DNA from: Candidatus Poribacteria bacterium
GTDB taxonomy: Bacteria > Poribacteria > WGA-4E > WGA-3G
Length of the DNA stretch: 64,000 nucleotides
Direction: 5' to 3'
Assembly: GCA_965214095.1 (NCBI GenBank)
Contig: OZ243938.1
Coordinates: 4,064,001-4,128,000, forward strand
Each line of letters starts with the position of its first letter. Positions within the stretch are counted from its first letter, which is position 1. Under the pieces are notes generated by a model, which was given only the letters and a program-made list of their open reading frames with translations, was not told where the DNA came from and did no database searches. This document shows positions 27,087 through 36,352 of the stretch, piece after piece. The translations under genes were made by a program, and so were the position numbers.

Positions 27087-28316
27087 TTATGCAAGTCTAT
27101 ATACTGATTCGGCAATTGCTTGACTCGCACTGGGATGCCCTAACTTCTGACTTGCTGATTTCATTTTTGAATATGCGTCTTGGTCTGTTAAAATATTATG
27201 TAGGGTATCAGCAAGAATTTCTGGTTTCAACATTTCCTGTTGAAGAACGATGGCTGCACCTGTCTTTGCAACCGATTCCGCATTATCTACTTGGTTATTA
27301 CCAACAGCAGCGGGTAACGGAATAAAGATCGCGGGAATTCCGCAAGCCGTGACTTCAGAGACAGTCATTCCACCCGCTCTACATATCATTAAATCTGCTA
27401 TACTATAGATTTCTTCTACCTTATCAAAGAACGGTTGAGCATGATGGGGTATTCCATTTTCAACATAAGCTGCATGCACATCATCAGCATTTATTTTACC
27501 GGTTTGATGAATAATTTGGATTGGAATCGTTCTGGAACTCTTCTCAGATTCTACTCCATCTACATTTGATTCAGAATTATGTGCACAGGAATAATTTGCT
27601 ATTAATGGCGCAGCATTTATCAAAGCTTCATTTACGGTTTGAGAACCTTGGCTGCCCCCCATTACGAATACTGTTTTGCTATTTGGACATAAATTATACT
27701 TTCTGTATGTATTTTCATCCCGTGCAAATTCCGTTATCCCAGGACGAATAGGGTTACCAGTAACCTTTACGATGTGTTCAGGGAATCGTGGGGTTTCCTG
27801 CGGTAATGCAAGGTAGGCTGCCTGTGCCCATCGTGCCAGAATGCTATTTGTCAAACCAGGGGACACATTCTGTTCCTGAATTGCTATAGGAATGTCAAGC
27901 AACCATGCAGCAAAGAGAACAGGTCCAGAAACATAACCGCCTGTACCGATCACAACATCTGGTTTTATACGCTTTAAATACTTCAATGACTGTAATAGAC
28001 CGATACATACATTAATGATAACAGGAAACCACTTCCATGTCAAGCTGCGAGGGAACCCTTCAACAGTGATAGGCAGAAATTGGAAATCGTGTTGAGGAAT
28101 AAGCGTAGCTTCTAACCGATTGCTCCCACCGATAAAAACAAGGTCTACCTCCGTGTTCAAACGTTGAAGTGCTTGTGCAATTCCGATGGCAGGATATATG
28201 TGTCCACCTGTACCACCTCCAGCAAGAACGAATCTCTTCGCTCCATTTTCTATATCCATATTATCAGTTTGAACGTCCTGTCTATTAGGTCGTGTGTTTT
28301 CTTTTTTTACATCCAT
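27087..28316 (-). CDS. murG: Undecaprenyl-PP-MurNAc-pentapeptide GlcNAc transferase
   Basis: GGGTGGHIYP, GTGGYVSGP, EQN, GNPIR, GGSQG, CRAGG; start at 28316 or 28259. Confidence 0.95.
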   Translation of the reverse strand: MDVKKENTRPNRQDVQTDNMDIENGAKRFVLAGGGTGGHIYPAIGIAQALQRLNTEVDLVFIGGSNRLEATLIPQHDFQFLPITVEGFPRSLTWKWFPVIINVCIGLLQSLKYLKRIKPDVVIGTGGYVSGPVLFAAWLLDIPIAIQEQNVSPGLTNSILARWAQAAYLALPQETPRFPEHIVKVTGNPIRPGITEFARDENTYRKYNLCPNSKTVFVMGGSQGSQTVNEALINAAPLIANYSCAHNSESNVDGVESEKSSRTIPIQIIHQTGKINADDVHAAYVENGIPHHAQPFFDKVEEIYSIADLMICRAGGMTVSEVTACGIPAIFIPLPAAVGNNQVDNAESVAKTGAAIVLQQEMLKPEILADTLHNILTDQDAYSKMKSASQKLGHPSASQAIAESVYRLA

Positions 28317-28393
28317 CAGCGAATTTTGGTAGAAATAAATTATATATGTTATGAAGACATTAGTATAAGCAGAATCAACAATCTCATTTCTGT

Positions 28394-29596
28394 TTAAAGC
28401 CTTCTTGATTTTGGCGTTGTTCTTGTAGCACTTCGCGATATATTCAACATTATACCTACACAAACCAAACTAATTACAAGAGAGGAACCACCGTAGCTAA
28501 GAAATGGAAGTGTTATACCTTTTGTAGGAAGTAATCCAGTTACAACACCAATATTGATAAATGTCTGTAGACCAATGACAAGCGTAAGTCCAGTTGCGAA
28601 CAACGCACCGAATCGATTTTCTGTTCGTCTTGCTATTGATATACCTCGCCAAATGAATATCATAAAGATTATGGTAACACCTGCTGCACCGATAAATCCA
28701 AATTCTTCTCCTAAAACTGAAAAGATGAAATCAGTATGAGGATAGGGCAAATAATTAATCTTTGCAGCACTATCATCAATTCCGACTCCGTATAATCCGC
28801 CCCACTGTAATGCCTCTAATGAACGTTCAAGTTGAAAACCTGCGGCATCAGGAGATTGAAGCGTTGCCCAATAGTCAGTTACTCGTTTCAAACGATACGG
28901 ACTACTGAATATAAACCCAGACAATAAACCAACACCTGCTGTGATTAACATCAATGTGTGTGAAAGACGGATTCCTCCAATAAAGAGTAAACATCCGGCA
29001 GTCGCGGCTAATAGGACTGCTGAGCCGAAATCTGGTTGTCTTGCGACTAAACCAAACATCAATCCGATAATTAGGATATTTGGTAGAACGCCATGTAAAA
29101 AACTCTTTATCCGTTCCGGCTTTCGTGCCAAAAAATGTGCAACATGAATCAGTAATGCGATCTTTGCAAATTCAACAGGTTGAAAATTGACACCTTTTAC
29201 AGAAATCCATCTTCTAAATACCCCGCCATCTGCCCCTTGTACACCAAACCCTATCGGTGTGAAAACAAGAACAAGTAAGACAAAAGCAAGAAAGAGCAAG
29301 AGATTGCTGTACTTTTCATAGAACCTATACGGGATGTATGAAGCAACCCCCATACCTACCAGACCTATGAAGCAAGCAATGGATTGGATTTTTAAGTATT
29401 GATAATTATTACCGTACTGTTTCATTGACAAAACATGTCCAGCACTGTAAACCATCAAGATACCTATTCCAACCAACAGAAGCGTTACAGCAAGCAAGCC
29501 TGCGTCAACTCTTCCGCTTCCTGTATTCTGTACCTGTTCTCCTTTAACTGGTATGGTAGTAGAATTTGTAAAATGAATAGTATTTTGATTTTGCAT
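28394..29596 (-). CDS. ftsW: SEDS glycosyltransferase FtsW
   Basis: RRWI, FQPVEFAK, QPDFGS, PHTDFIFS, PTKGITLPFLSYGGSS. Confidence 0.96.
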   Translation of the reverse strand: MQNQNTIHFTNSTTIPVKGEQVQNTGSGRVDAGLLAVTLLLVGIGILMVYSAGHVLSMKQYGNNYQYLKIQSIACFIGLVGMGVASYIPYRFYEKYSNLLLFLAFVLLVLVFTPIGFGVQGADGGVFRRWISVKGVNFQPVEFAKIALLIHVAHFLARKPERIKSFLHGVLPNILIIGLMFGLVARQPDFGSAVLLAATAGCLLFIGGIRLSHTLMLITAGVGLLSGFIFSSPYRLKRVTDYWATLQSPDAAGFQLERSLEALQWGGLYGVGIDDSAAKINYLPYPHTDFIFSVLGEEFGFIGAAGVTIIFMIFIWRGISIARRTENRFGALFATGLTLVIGLQTFINIGVVTGLLPTKGITLPFLSYGGSSLVISLVCVGIMLNISRSATRTTPKSRRL

Positions 29597-29656
29597 GGAT
29601 CTTTAGTATATTGTTTTATGTGAGTTCTATAAAATAGAATATTTATTCGTTTCATA

Positions 29657-31135
29657 CTAACTTCTTGTATAAAGTGAATTTACGGCATTTTTGAAATCTT
29701 CACCGCGTTCTTTGTAATCTGAATACATGTCAAAACTCGCATTAGCAGGTGATAAAAGAACTATATCGCCTTGTGCGGCATGAGTATATGCATATTCTAC
29801 TGCTTCTTTCATTGAAGTTGCATTCTGCATCTTAGCACAACCACTAAGTGTCTGTTGTATATTATACGTGTGTTCTCCAAGCAATATCAAACATTTTACA
29901 CTGTCTCGAACGAGATCAATCAAGGGTACATAATTGTTTCCTTTATCAAATCCCCCGACAATTAGGAACACCCGTTTATTATCTGCATCTGCAGATGTAT
30001 TTTTTATGATTGATTCAAGAGCTGCACTTGTTGCTATGACGTTGGTTGCTTTAGAATCGTTTATGTAATCTACACCATTTATAGCAGACACTTTTTCATA
30101 AGCGTGTTCAAGAGCAGTATGTTTCTTATCAAAATCAATGAAAGCCTGTCGGATATCCGTTACTGGCACACCATAAATAGTTCCCACGACTGCCGCTGCA
30201 AGCACATTACGTACATTATGTGTTCCCGCTAATGGAATTTCAGCGATATTACAAATCAAGTCTTCATGCTCACTATGATAATTAAATATGTTGATTTCAT
30301 CACCATTCCTTTGCAGACCAGCACCAATCTTACACCCCATTTTTTCACAATAGTCCTTCAGTCCTTTGTCTGTCTCTTTAAGATTGTCTGTGAAAAACGC
30401 CTTCTTTGCTTCGGTGTTATGTGAAAGTCGTTTTATTGTTTCATCAGCTCCGTTTAGCACTATCCAATCTGATTCCTTCTGGTTTGCATATATCTTCCGT
30501 TTAGCACTTAAATAAGCATCCATTGTTTTGTGACGATCAAGATGATCACGCGAGAAATTTAAAAATACACTTACATTCGGATGGAAAGACACAGTGCTTT
30601 CTAACTGGAAACTACTTGCTTCAACAACAACAATGTCCTGTTCGGATAATGTTCCAACTTTATTTGCTAATGGTACACCGATATTTCCGGCAACAACGAC
30701 ATTAGAAAAAAGGTCGCTACTTTCAAGAATTGCTGCGGTTAATAGCGTTGTTGTTGACTTTCCTTTTGTACCTGTAATCGCAACTATAGGTGCTTGACAA
30801 AGCGCAGCGGATATTTCCAATTCACCCAAAATTGGTATGTTTCTTTTTTTCGCATCACATAGAATTGGAATATCTAAAGGAACTCCCGGTGAAACGACAA
30901 CGAATTCTGCTTTAGCGATACAAGATTCTCCATGCCCTCCGAGTTGATATTCTATCGGTATCCCATCTAATTGGGAAAGTTCAGCAGATAACGTATCTCT
31001 GTCACGGGTGTCTGTGAGTGTAATATTTGCACCAAGTTCATGAAGCAAACGTGCAATTGCTATGCCACTTCTATTTGCACCAAAAATAGTGATCTGTTTG
31101 TCAGAATAACTTTTTGGTTCAGAGGAATCAATCAT
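29657..31135 (-). CDS. murD: UDP-MurNAc-L-Ala--D-glutamate ligase
   Basis: VVSPGVP, ITGTKGKSTTT, EASSFQLE, DHLDRH, NDSKATN, LLSPANASFDMY. Confidence 0.95.
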   Translation of the reverse strand: MIDSSEPKSYSDKQITIFGANRSGIAIARLLHELGANITLTDTRDRDTLSAELSQLDGIPIEYQLGGHGESCIAKAEFVVVSPGVPLDIPILCDAKKRNIPILGELEISAALCQAPIVAITGTKGKSTTTLLTAAILESSDLFSNVVVAGNIGVPLANKVGTLSEQDIVVVEASSFQLESTVSFHPNVSVFLNFSRDHLDRHKTMDAYLSAKRKIYANQKESDWIVLNGADETIKRLSHNTEAKKAFFTDNLKETDKGLKDYCEKMGCKIGAGLQRNGDEINIFNYHSEHEDLICNIAEIPLAGTHNVRNVLAAAVVGTIYGVPVTDIRQAFIDFDKKHTALEHAYEKVSAINGVDYINDSKATNVIATSAALESIIKNTSADADNKRVFLIVGGFDKGNNYVPLIDLVRDSVKCLILLGEHTYNIQQTLSGCAKMQNATSMKEAVEYAYTHAAQGDIVLLSPANASFDMYSDYKERGEDFKNAVNSLYTRS

Positions 31136-31183
31136 CTTTTTTACCGTAGAATTTGGAAAGGAGGATATTTTGCGGATATATTC

Positions 31184-32299
31184 TCATCCAATCCTAAGCG
31201 TGCTCAACGCTATCAACATCAAGATAAGTGCGACAATCCAAAAGCGGATTACTACTTTTGATTCCTTCCAACCTGAAAGCAAAAAATGATAATGCAGCGG
31301 TGACATTTTTATAACCCGTTTACCGAATGTTCTATAAGACCAAACCTGTATGATGACTGAAAGTGCCTCTGCTACAAAGATACCACCCACGATAATTAGG
31401 AGAAATTCCTGTTTAATTAAGAGTGCACATGTCCCGAGCGTAGCACCGAGAGGCAATGACCCAGTATCTCCCATAAACAGTTGTGCTGGATGTCCATTGT
31501 ACCATAGAAATCCCAATCCTGCTCCAACTAACGATGCACAAAAGATAGCCGTAACTTCTCCACCGATCGGTAAATGGAATAGGTTGAGATGTTCAGCAAT
31601 AACATTGTGGCTTGCAAGATACCCCAATGCACCAATTGTACCTGCAACGAAGAGCGTACATCCTATTGCCAATCCATCCATACCATCTGTCAGATTCACA
31701 GCATTTGATGTTCCGACAATAACTAAAGTAGCAAAAGGAATAAAAAGAATATTCAGATTAGGTTTGTAGTCTTTAAAAAACGGAAGATGTAATGCCGTAC
31801 GACTTGCTGGATCATTTGCTTCAAATGGACCCCATTGATAAAGATAGTATGCTATGGCTAATGCCCCAACCGTTTGTAGAACAATCTTCTGCCAGCCGCG
31901 TAGTCCAAGCGATTGTTTTCTACTAAGTTTACACATATCATCTAAGAATCCAAGACCTCCAAACCATAGTGTAGTCAAAATCATCAGGTAGATAAAAGGT
32001 TGATCCAACTTTGCCCAAAAAACAATGGAAATTAGCACAGCTACTATGATTAAGATTCCACCCATTGTGGGTGTACCAGCTTTGCTCTGATCATCATTTT
32101 GCTGTGCTTTTTCTACCTCTTCTTGAATATGTTCACCTATACGCAACTGTTTCAACCTTTTAATCATAAAAGGTCCTAATACAAGCGAAATGACGAGAGC
32201 TGTAGCAGTTGCATATACTGCTCGGAAAGGAATCGAACCAAAAACTTCAAATGGTTGATATAGGTTTATAAGGTTTTGAAAGAATAAATGATAAAACAT
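31184..32299 (-). CDS. mraY: Phospho-N-acetylmuramoyl-pentapeptide transferase
   Basis: KAGTPTMGG, LGFLDD, NAVNLTDGMDGL, FMGDTGS, EALSVIIQV. Confidence 0.97.
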   Translation of the reverse strand: MFYHLFFQNLINLYQPFEVFGSIPFRAVYATATALVISLVLGPFMIKRLKQLRIGEHIQEEVEKAQQNDDQSKAGTPTMGGILIIVAVLISIVFWAKLDQPFIYLMILTTLWFGGLGFLDDMCKLSRKQSLGLRGWQKIVLQTVGALAIAYYLYQWGPFEANDPASRTALHLPFFKDYKPNLNILFIPFATLVIVGTSNAVNLTDGMDGLAIGCTLFVAGTIGALGYLASHNVIAEHLNLFHLPIGGEVTAIFCASLVGAGLGFLWYNGHPAQLFMGDTGSLPLGATLGTCALLIKQEFLLIIVGGIFVAEALSVIIQVWSYRTFGKRVIKMSPLHYHFLLSGWKESKVVIRFWIVALILMLIALSTLRIG

Positions 32300-32412
32300 A
32301 TAAATGTGAGTTTTCTAACGTGAGCAAGGTGTAATCAGTAGGTGATGTATCATATTTTGAATACGAAGCAAAGATGTAGTACAATCACGACGGTATTGAC
32401 TATTCCTTTGTA

Positions 32413-33636
32413 TCATTCCTCTTGTTGTGAGTTAGACTTTAACTTGGTGAGATTTGCACCAGTTTGACTTAATAGATTTGTTGAATATGAATAGATTAGT
32501 CGGTTCTTCTCATTATTGGTTTCTATGGCAAGGTTAACCAATTGGGACACCAAATCCGGAAAGGAGACACCGTCTGGTTCCCACAGGTAAAAACTAAATG
32601 AACCCGGAATTGTATTTATTTCATTCACATATACTTGTCCATCAGCACTAACCAAAAAATCAATTCTGGCAATTCCCATGCAGTCAAGAATATTATAGGT
32701 GTCCTTTGCAAGCTTTTGAATATGTAACGTCATTTCATCAGGAATAGGTGCAGGTATTTTTCGTTGTGCACCTGCCATTCCTGTCGTGTTTTCAGATACA
32801 GATGAATCATCAGAAGTCTGCTCAGTTTCTGAATTTTGATGAATGTATTTATCATCGAAACTGAGAAATTCTGTGCTGGTAAGCGGTTGTTCACATACAG
32901 AAGCGATAGGTGTATGTGTTCCCATTACTGAGCAATTAATTTCATACCCATTTTCAATACCCTTTTCAACGAGAATACGACGACAATACCGACATGCAAG
33001 TTCAATTGCATCTCGAAGTTCTTCCGTATTTTTTGCCTGACTAACACCTATACTTGAACCACTAATTGCTGGTTTAACAAACATCGGATAATCAATCTTT
33101 TCTTCTATATTGTTGACAATATCATCACTTGAAGAATTCCAATCATGTATTGTAAACGGAATATACGGAACAATTGGCAATCCGTTCTCATTAAGCACAG
33201 CCTTCATCATGATTTTATCCATACCCACACTTGAACCGACGATGCCAGCCCCTACATACGGCACATCCATCAGTTCAAGCAACCCCTGGAGACTACCATC
33301 TTCACCATTCACACCATGAATTGCAGGAAACACAACATCAACATTCAGTTCTCTTTTCTTACTAAATATGCCACTTCGTTTTGGCAATACACTGAATCTT
33401 GGATTTGCTTGGAATTCAACAGTAACTATGTCATGATCATTGACATTTGGTAATACTCCATCAGTGAATGTGCTTAATTCACCGAGTTCATCACCTGTTA
33501 ACCATACACCCTCCTTCGTAATATATATTGGAATAGTATCATGGTTCTCAGCTAATGCAGCTTTGACTTGATGTGCTGTGACGATAGACACTTCATGTTC
33601 GGGTGATCTCCCTCCAAAAATGACCGCTACGTTCAT
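32413..33636 (-). CDS. ddl: D-alanine--D-alanine ligase family protein
   Basis: GGRSPEHEVS, HGVNGEDGSLQG, MDK, FVKP...GSSIG, ARIDF, NEINTIPG. Confidence 0.92.
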   Translation of the reverse strand: MNVAVIFGGRSPEHEVSIVTAHQVKAALAENHDTIPIYITKEGVWLTGDELGELSTFTDGVLPNVNDHDIVTVEFQANPRFSVLPKRSGIFSKKRELNVDVVFPAIHGVNGEDGSLQGLLELMDVPYVGAGIVGSSVGMDKIMMKAVLNENGLPIVPYIPFTIHDWNSSSDDIVNNIEEKIDYPMFVKPAISGSSIGVSQAKNTEELRDAIELACRYCRRILVEKGIENGYEINCSVMGTHTPIASVCEQPLTSTEFLSFDDKYIHQNSETEQTSDDSSVSENTTGMAGAQRKIPAPIPDEMTLHIQKLAKDTYNILDCMGIARIDFLVSADGQVYVNEINTIPGSFSFYLWEPDGVSFPDLVSQLVNLAIETNNEKNRLIYSYSTNLLSQTGANLTKLKSNSQQEE

Positions 33637-33714
33637 TGTTATTTCCTTTTAGTTCCTTTCTTAGAACATCGGTTAAATCTGATTTAGGACTTAACCTTAA
33701 TCTATTGATGTATA

Positions 33715-35334
33715 TTATGATGCTTCGTTATAATTATCTGGTAAATCATTTTCAAATAAGACTACATCTCCCGGTTTCAATCTTGTCTGCAGTTGTTGCT
33801 GTGCTTCATCAAGATTGTTCACGATAGATATTTTTTGATCAGGATAGTTTTCGTTTTTGAGTCCATCCAATATCGGTGCTGTTCTTATCCTGCCAACAAG
33901 AATGATATGGTCGCAAACTTTCGCTGCTTCTGAACCAAAATGTCTATTTTCATCGTATTCTCGTTCACCCAGTTCTACCATACCCGGTGTAACCAATACC
34001 TTTTGTCCCTGTTTTTCACTTAAAAAGTCTGTGAGTACCTCAAGCGCTGCCTTCGCACCTTCAGGATTTGAATTGAAACTGTCATCAATAATTGTTACAC
34101 CCGCAGCACCCTCCATCAACTGTAATCGGTGAGGAACAGGTTCCAATGTAGATACAGCACTTTGAATTTCAGTCAAGGTCATACCGCAATGCAGTGCAAC
34201 ACCAACAGCAGCAAGTATATTTGACACGTTATGTTTACCCAAAAGCCTTGTTGTGATTTCAACAGGTCCCGCTTCTTCGTCAATCACAGTAAAAGTCAAC
34301 CCTTTTTCGTTCTGTATGATATTCTTTGCACTCAACCTAACGGAATTACTTGCTTCTATACTATATTGGACGACTGGAACAGTATCGGTAGTTTCAGCCA
34401 AATTTGCACAGATTTCATTATCTGCATTAATCACTGCAAGTCCGTTTTGTGGTAAAGCCTCAATTAATTCATACTTGGCACGCGTTGTATTTTCAATTGT
34501 TTTGAACCGTTCTAAATGAACTGGACCAACTGCAGTAAGTATTCCGATTTCCGGTGGTGCCAACCGGCACAAATCACGGATGTCCCCACGTTTGTATGCT
34601 CCCATTTCAACAATGAAAATGTCATGTTCAGGCAATAAATCTCCTCTGATTACCTTACATATACCCATCGGTGTATTATAACTATCTGGGGTCATCAATG
34701 TGTTGTACTTTTGCGATAGAATTTGGTGTAGAATGTACTTTGTGCTTGTTTTCCCATAACTCCCTGTGATGCCTACAATCCTTGGTTGTAGAGTTTTAAT
34801 TCGTTTTCTTGCATCACGTAAATATGCGTTATTGATTATTTGTTCCAACGGCCAAATTAGGAAACTGCTGACAGCAAGTATAGGCACTGAAAGTTCACTG
34901 AATAGAAAGAGTCCAATACGCCAATTCTCTTCATTCACTAAACTAACAGACAATATAGCAATACCAACAAGCAAAGCAAGCGAAAATCCGAAGAGGCGTT
35001 TAGCACGGGCTGTGAAAACGAGTGGTTTTTTCGCGGTGATTCTCTGACGTTTAACAATTCTAAAGACCTGGAATGCTGTCCATATAAGACATATCGATGA
35101 ATAAGACCAAGTCGACAAAACACTCGGAATAATTGATATAACTATCAACACACCTACTATTAGCAGTATCTCTATGACTTCAAAACAATTTCGGATGTGT
35201 TCTGAAATCCATTTCAGATACCGTCGGGGTTTATACCCGTCCAGTTGAAGTATGTGTAATCCACTTGTTGTTCTGATGACTGATCTAATATAACAAGTGA
35301 TAATCAGAAGATAGAATAAAATCTCATTAAGCAT
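33715..35334 (-). CDS. murF: MurF ligase with N-terminal membrane domain
   Basis: ITGSYGKTSTK, SYNTPMG, VEMGA, IDDSFNSNP, LVTPGMVELG, FENDLPDNY; about 160-aa hydrophobic N-terminus. Confidence 0.88.
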   Translation of the reverse strand: MLNEILFYLLIITCYIRSVIRTTSGLHILQLDGYKPRRYLKWISEHIRNCFEVIEILLIVGVLIVISIIPSVLSTWSYSSICLIWTAFQVFRIVKRQRITAKKPLVFTARAKRLFGFSLALLVGIAILSVSLVNEENWRIGLFLFSELSVPILAVSSFLIWPLEQIINNAYLRDARKRIKTLQPRIVGITGSYGKTSTKYILHQILSQKYNTLMTPDSYNTPMGICKVIRGDLLPEHDIFIVEMGAYKRGDIRDLCRLAPPEIGILTAVGPVHLERFKTIENTTRAKYELIEALPQNGLAVINADNEICANLAETTDTVPVVQYSIEASNSVRLSAKNIIQNEKGLTFTVIDEEAGPVEITTRLLGKHNVSNILAAVGVALHCGMTLTEIQSAVSTLEPVPHRLQLMEGAAGVTIIDDSFNSNPEGAKAALEVLTDFLSEKQGQKVLVTPGMVELGEREYDENRHFGSEAAKVCDHIILVGRIRTAPILDGLKNENYPDQKISIVNNLDEAQQQLQTRLKPGDVVLFENDLPDNYNEAS

Positions 35335-35389
35335 GGCTTATAATTCTTTTACCTATATGATTGTTGATTCAATGTGTTGACAACAAAAA

Positions 35390-35440
35390 CGCAATGAATA
35401 GCCTGCATACTATGATATTCAGCAGACACAATTCATTGCG
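35390..35440. repeat. Degenerate REP-like inverted pair
   Basis: CGCAATGAAT...ATTCATTGCG, same core as the 14618 and 23094 units. Confidence 0.45.
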
Positions 35441-35536
35441 ATCACATTGACATCTCTTTTCGATAGAACAGATAAATAACGTTCCAAGTTTCTTCAAATT
35501 ACCTGAGTGACAATCCATGTCATTCAAAACAGTAGT

Positions 35537-36298
35537 TCAAGCCAAAAAGGTTTCAACAGATTGGCAAAACTCTTTAGGTTTATCAAGAAACGAAAAATGT
35601 CCTGCACCTTTGAGGATAACTAACTCAGCGTTAGGAATCTCATCCTGCATTATCTTACCAAACGAAATCGGTGTGTCTGTATCATTCTCTCCCCAAATTA
35701 ACAAAGTTGTTGCTTGTATGTTCGGTAATAGTGGTTGTAAGTTTTGATTCACAGATTTCACCATTGTTGCTCTCATCGGTCCTGCTTGTTTATAGTCACT
35801 TGAGCCTACACGATTCGCAATATTATCTGCCAAACGCTTGCCTAAAGTCCCACACTTCCGTATCAATCGACCTATTTTAGCAAGACTGATTCGGTAATAA
35901 TATTTCATAGTGCGTGGTGGAATTATCCCAGCACTGTCCACCAAGATCAGTTTATCAACTTTTTCAGGTTGTTCTGCTGCCAAGACGATAGATATCCTTC
36001 CTCCATACGAGTGTCCGATAAGATGTGCCTTATTAATGTTGAGGTTACTATAAAAGGTAGCAATCAGTTTGGCATAGTCAGAAGCATCCCAGGCATTTGG
36101 CGGAATCTCACTCAGTCCAAATCCTGGTAGATCAAGTGCATATATCTGATATGTATTTGATAATCTATCAAATACATAACTGAAAGTATTTGCTTCAGCA
36201 CCCCAACCGTGTAATAGAATTACAGGTGTACCTGAACCTTCAACTTGATAAGCGATTTTCAGATTGTCAATCTCAATGAACTTCACTCGACCCATCAA
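35537..36298 (-). CDS. Alpha/beta fold hydrolase
   Basis: LLHGWG, DLPGFG, nucleophile elbow GHSYGG, WGEND, AGHF. Confidence 0.92.
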   Translation of the reverse strand: MMGRVKFIEIDNLKIAYQVEGSGTPVILLHGWGAEANTFSYVFDRLSNTYQIYALDLPGFGLSEIPPNAWDASDYAKLIATFYSNLNINKAHLIGHSYGGRISIVLAAEQPEKVDKLILVDSAGIIPPRTMKYYYRISLAKIGRLIRKCGTLGKRLADNIANRVGSSDYKQAGPMRATMVKSVNQNLQPLLPNIQATTLLIWGENDTDTPISFGKIMQDEIPNAELVILKGAGHFSFLDKPKEFCQSVETFLA

Positions 36299-36352
36299 AT
36301 TACCATCTCACTCGCTTTTTCTCATTCAATTCATGTCTACTGAATGACTAAA

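Noticed and set aside
28317-28463. N-terminal extension of MurG, and similar extensions on def, the PP2C gene and the FG-GAP gene
   Set aside because: These are longest-ORF artefacts that overlap neighbouring genes or promoters; internal ATGs fit better.
32820-32880. D-Ala-D-Lac (vancomycin-resistance type) specificity of Ddl
   Set aside because: The omega loop ends in DDKY with Tyr retained, rather than the KF of D-Lac ligases, and no van genes are nearby.
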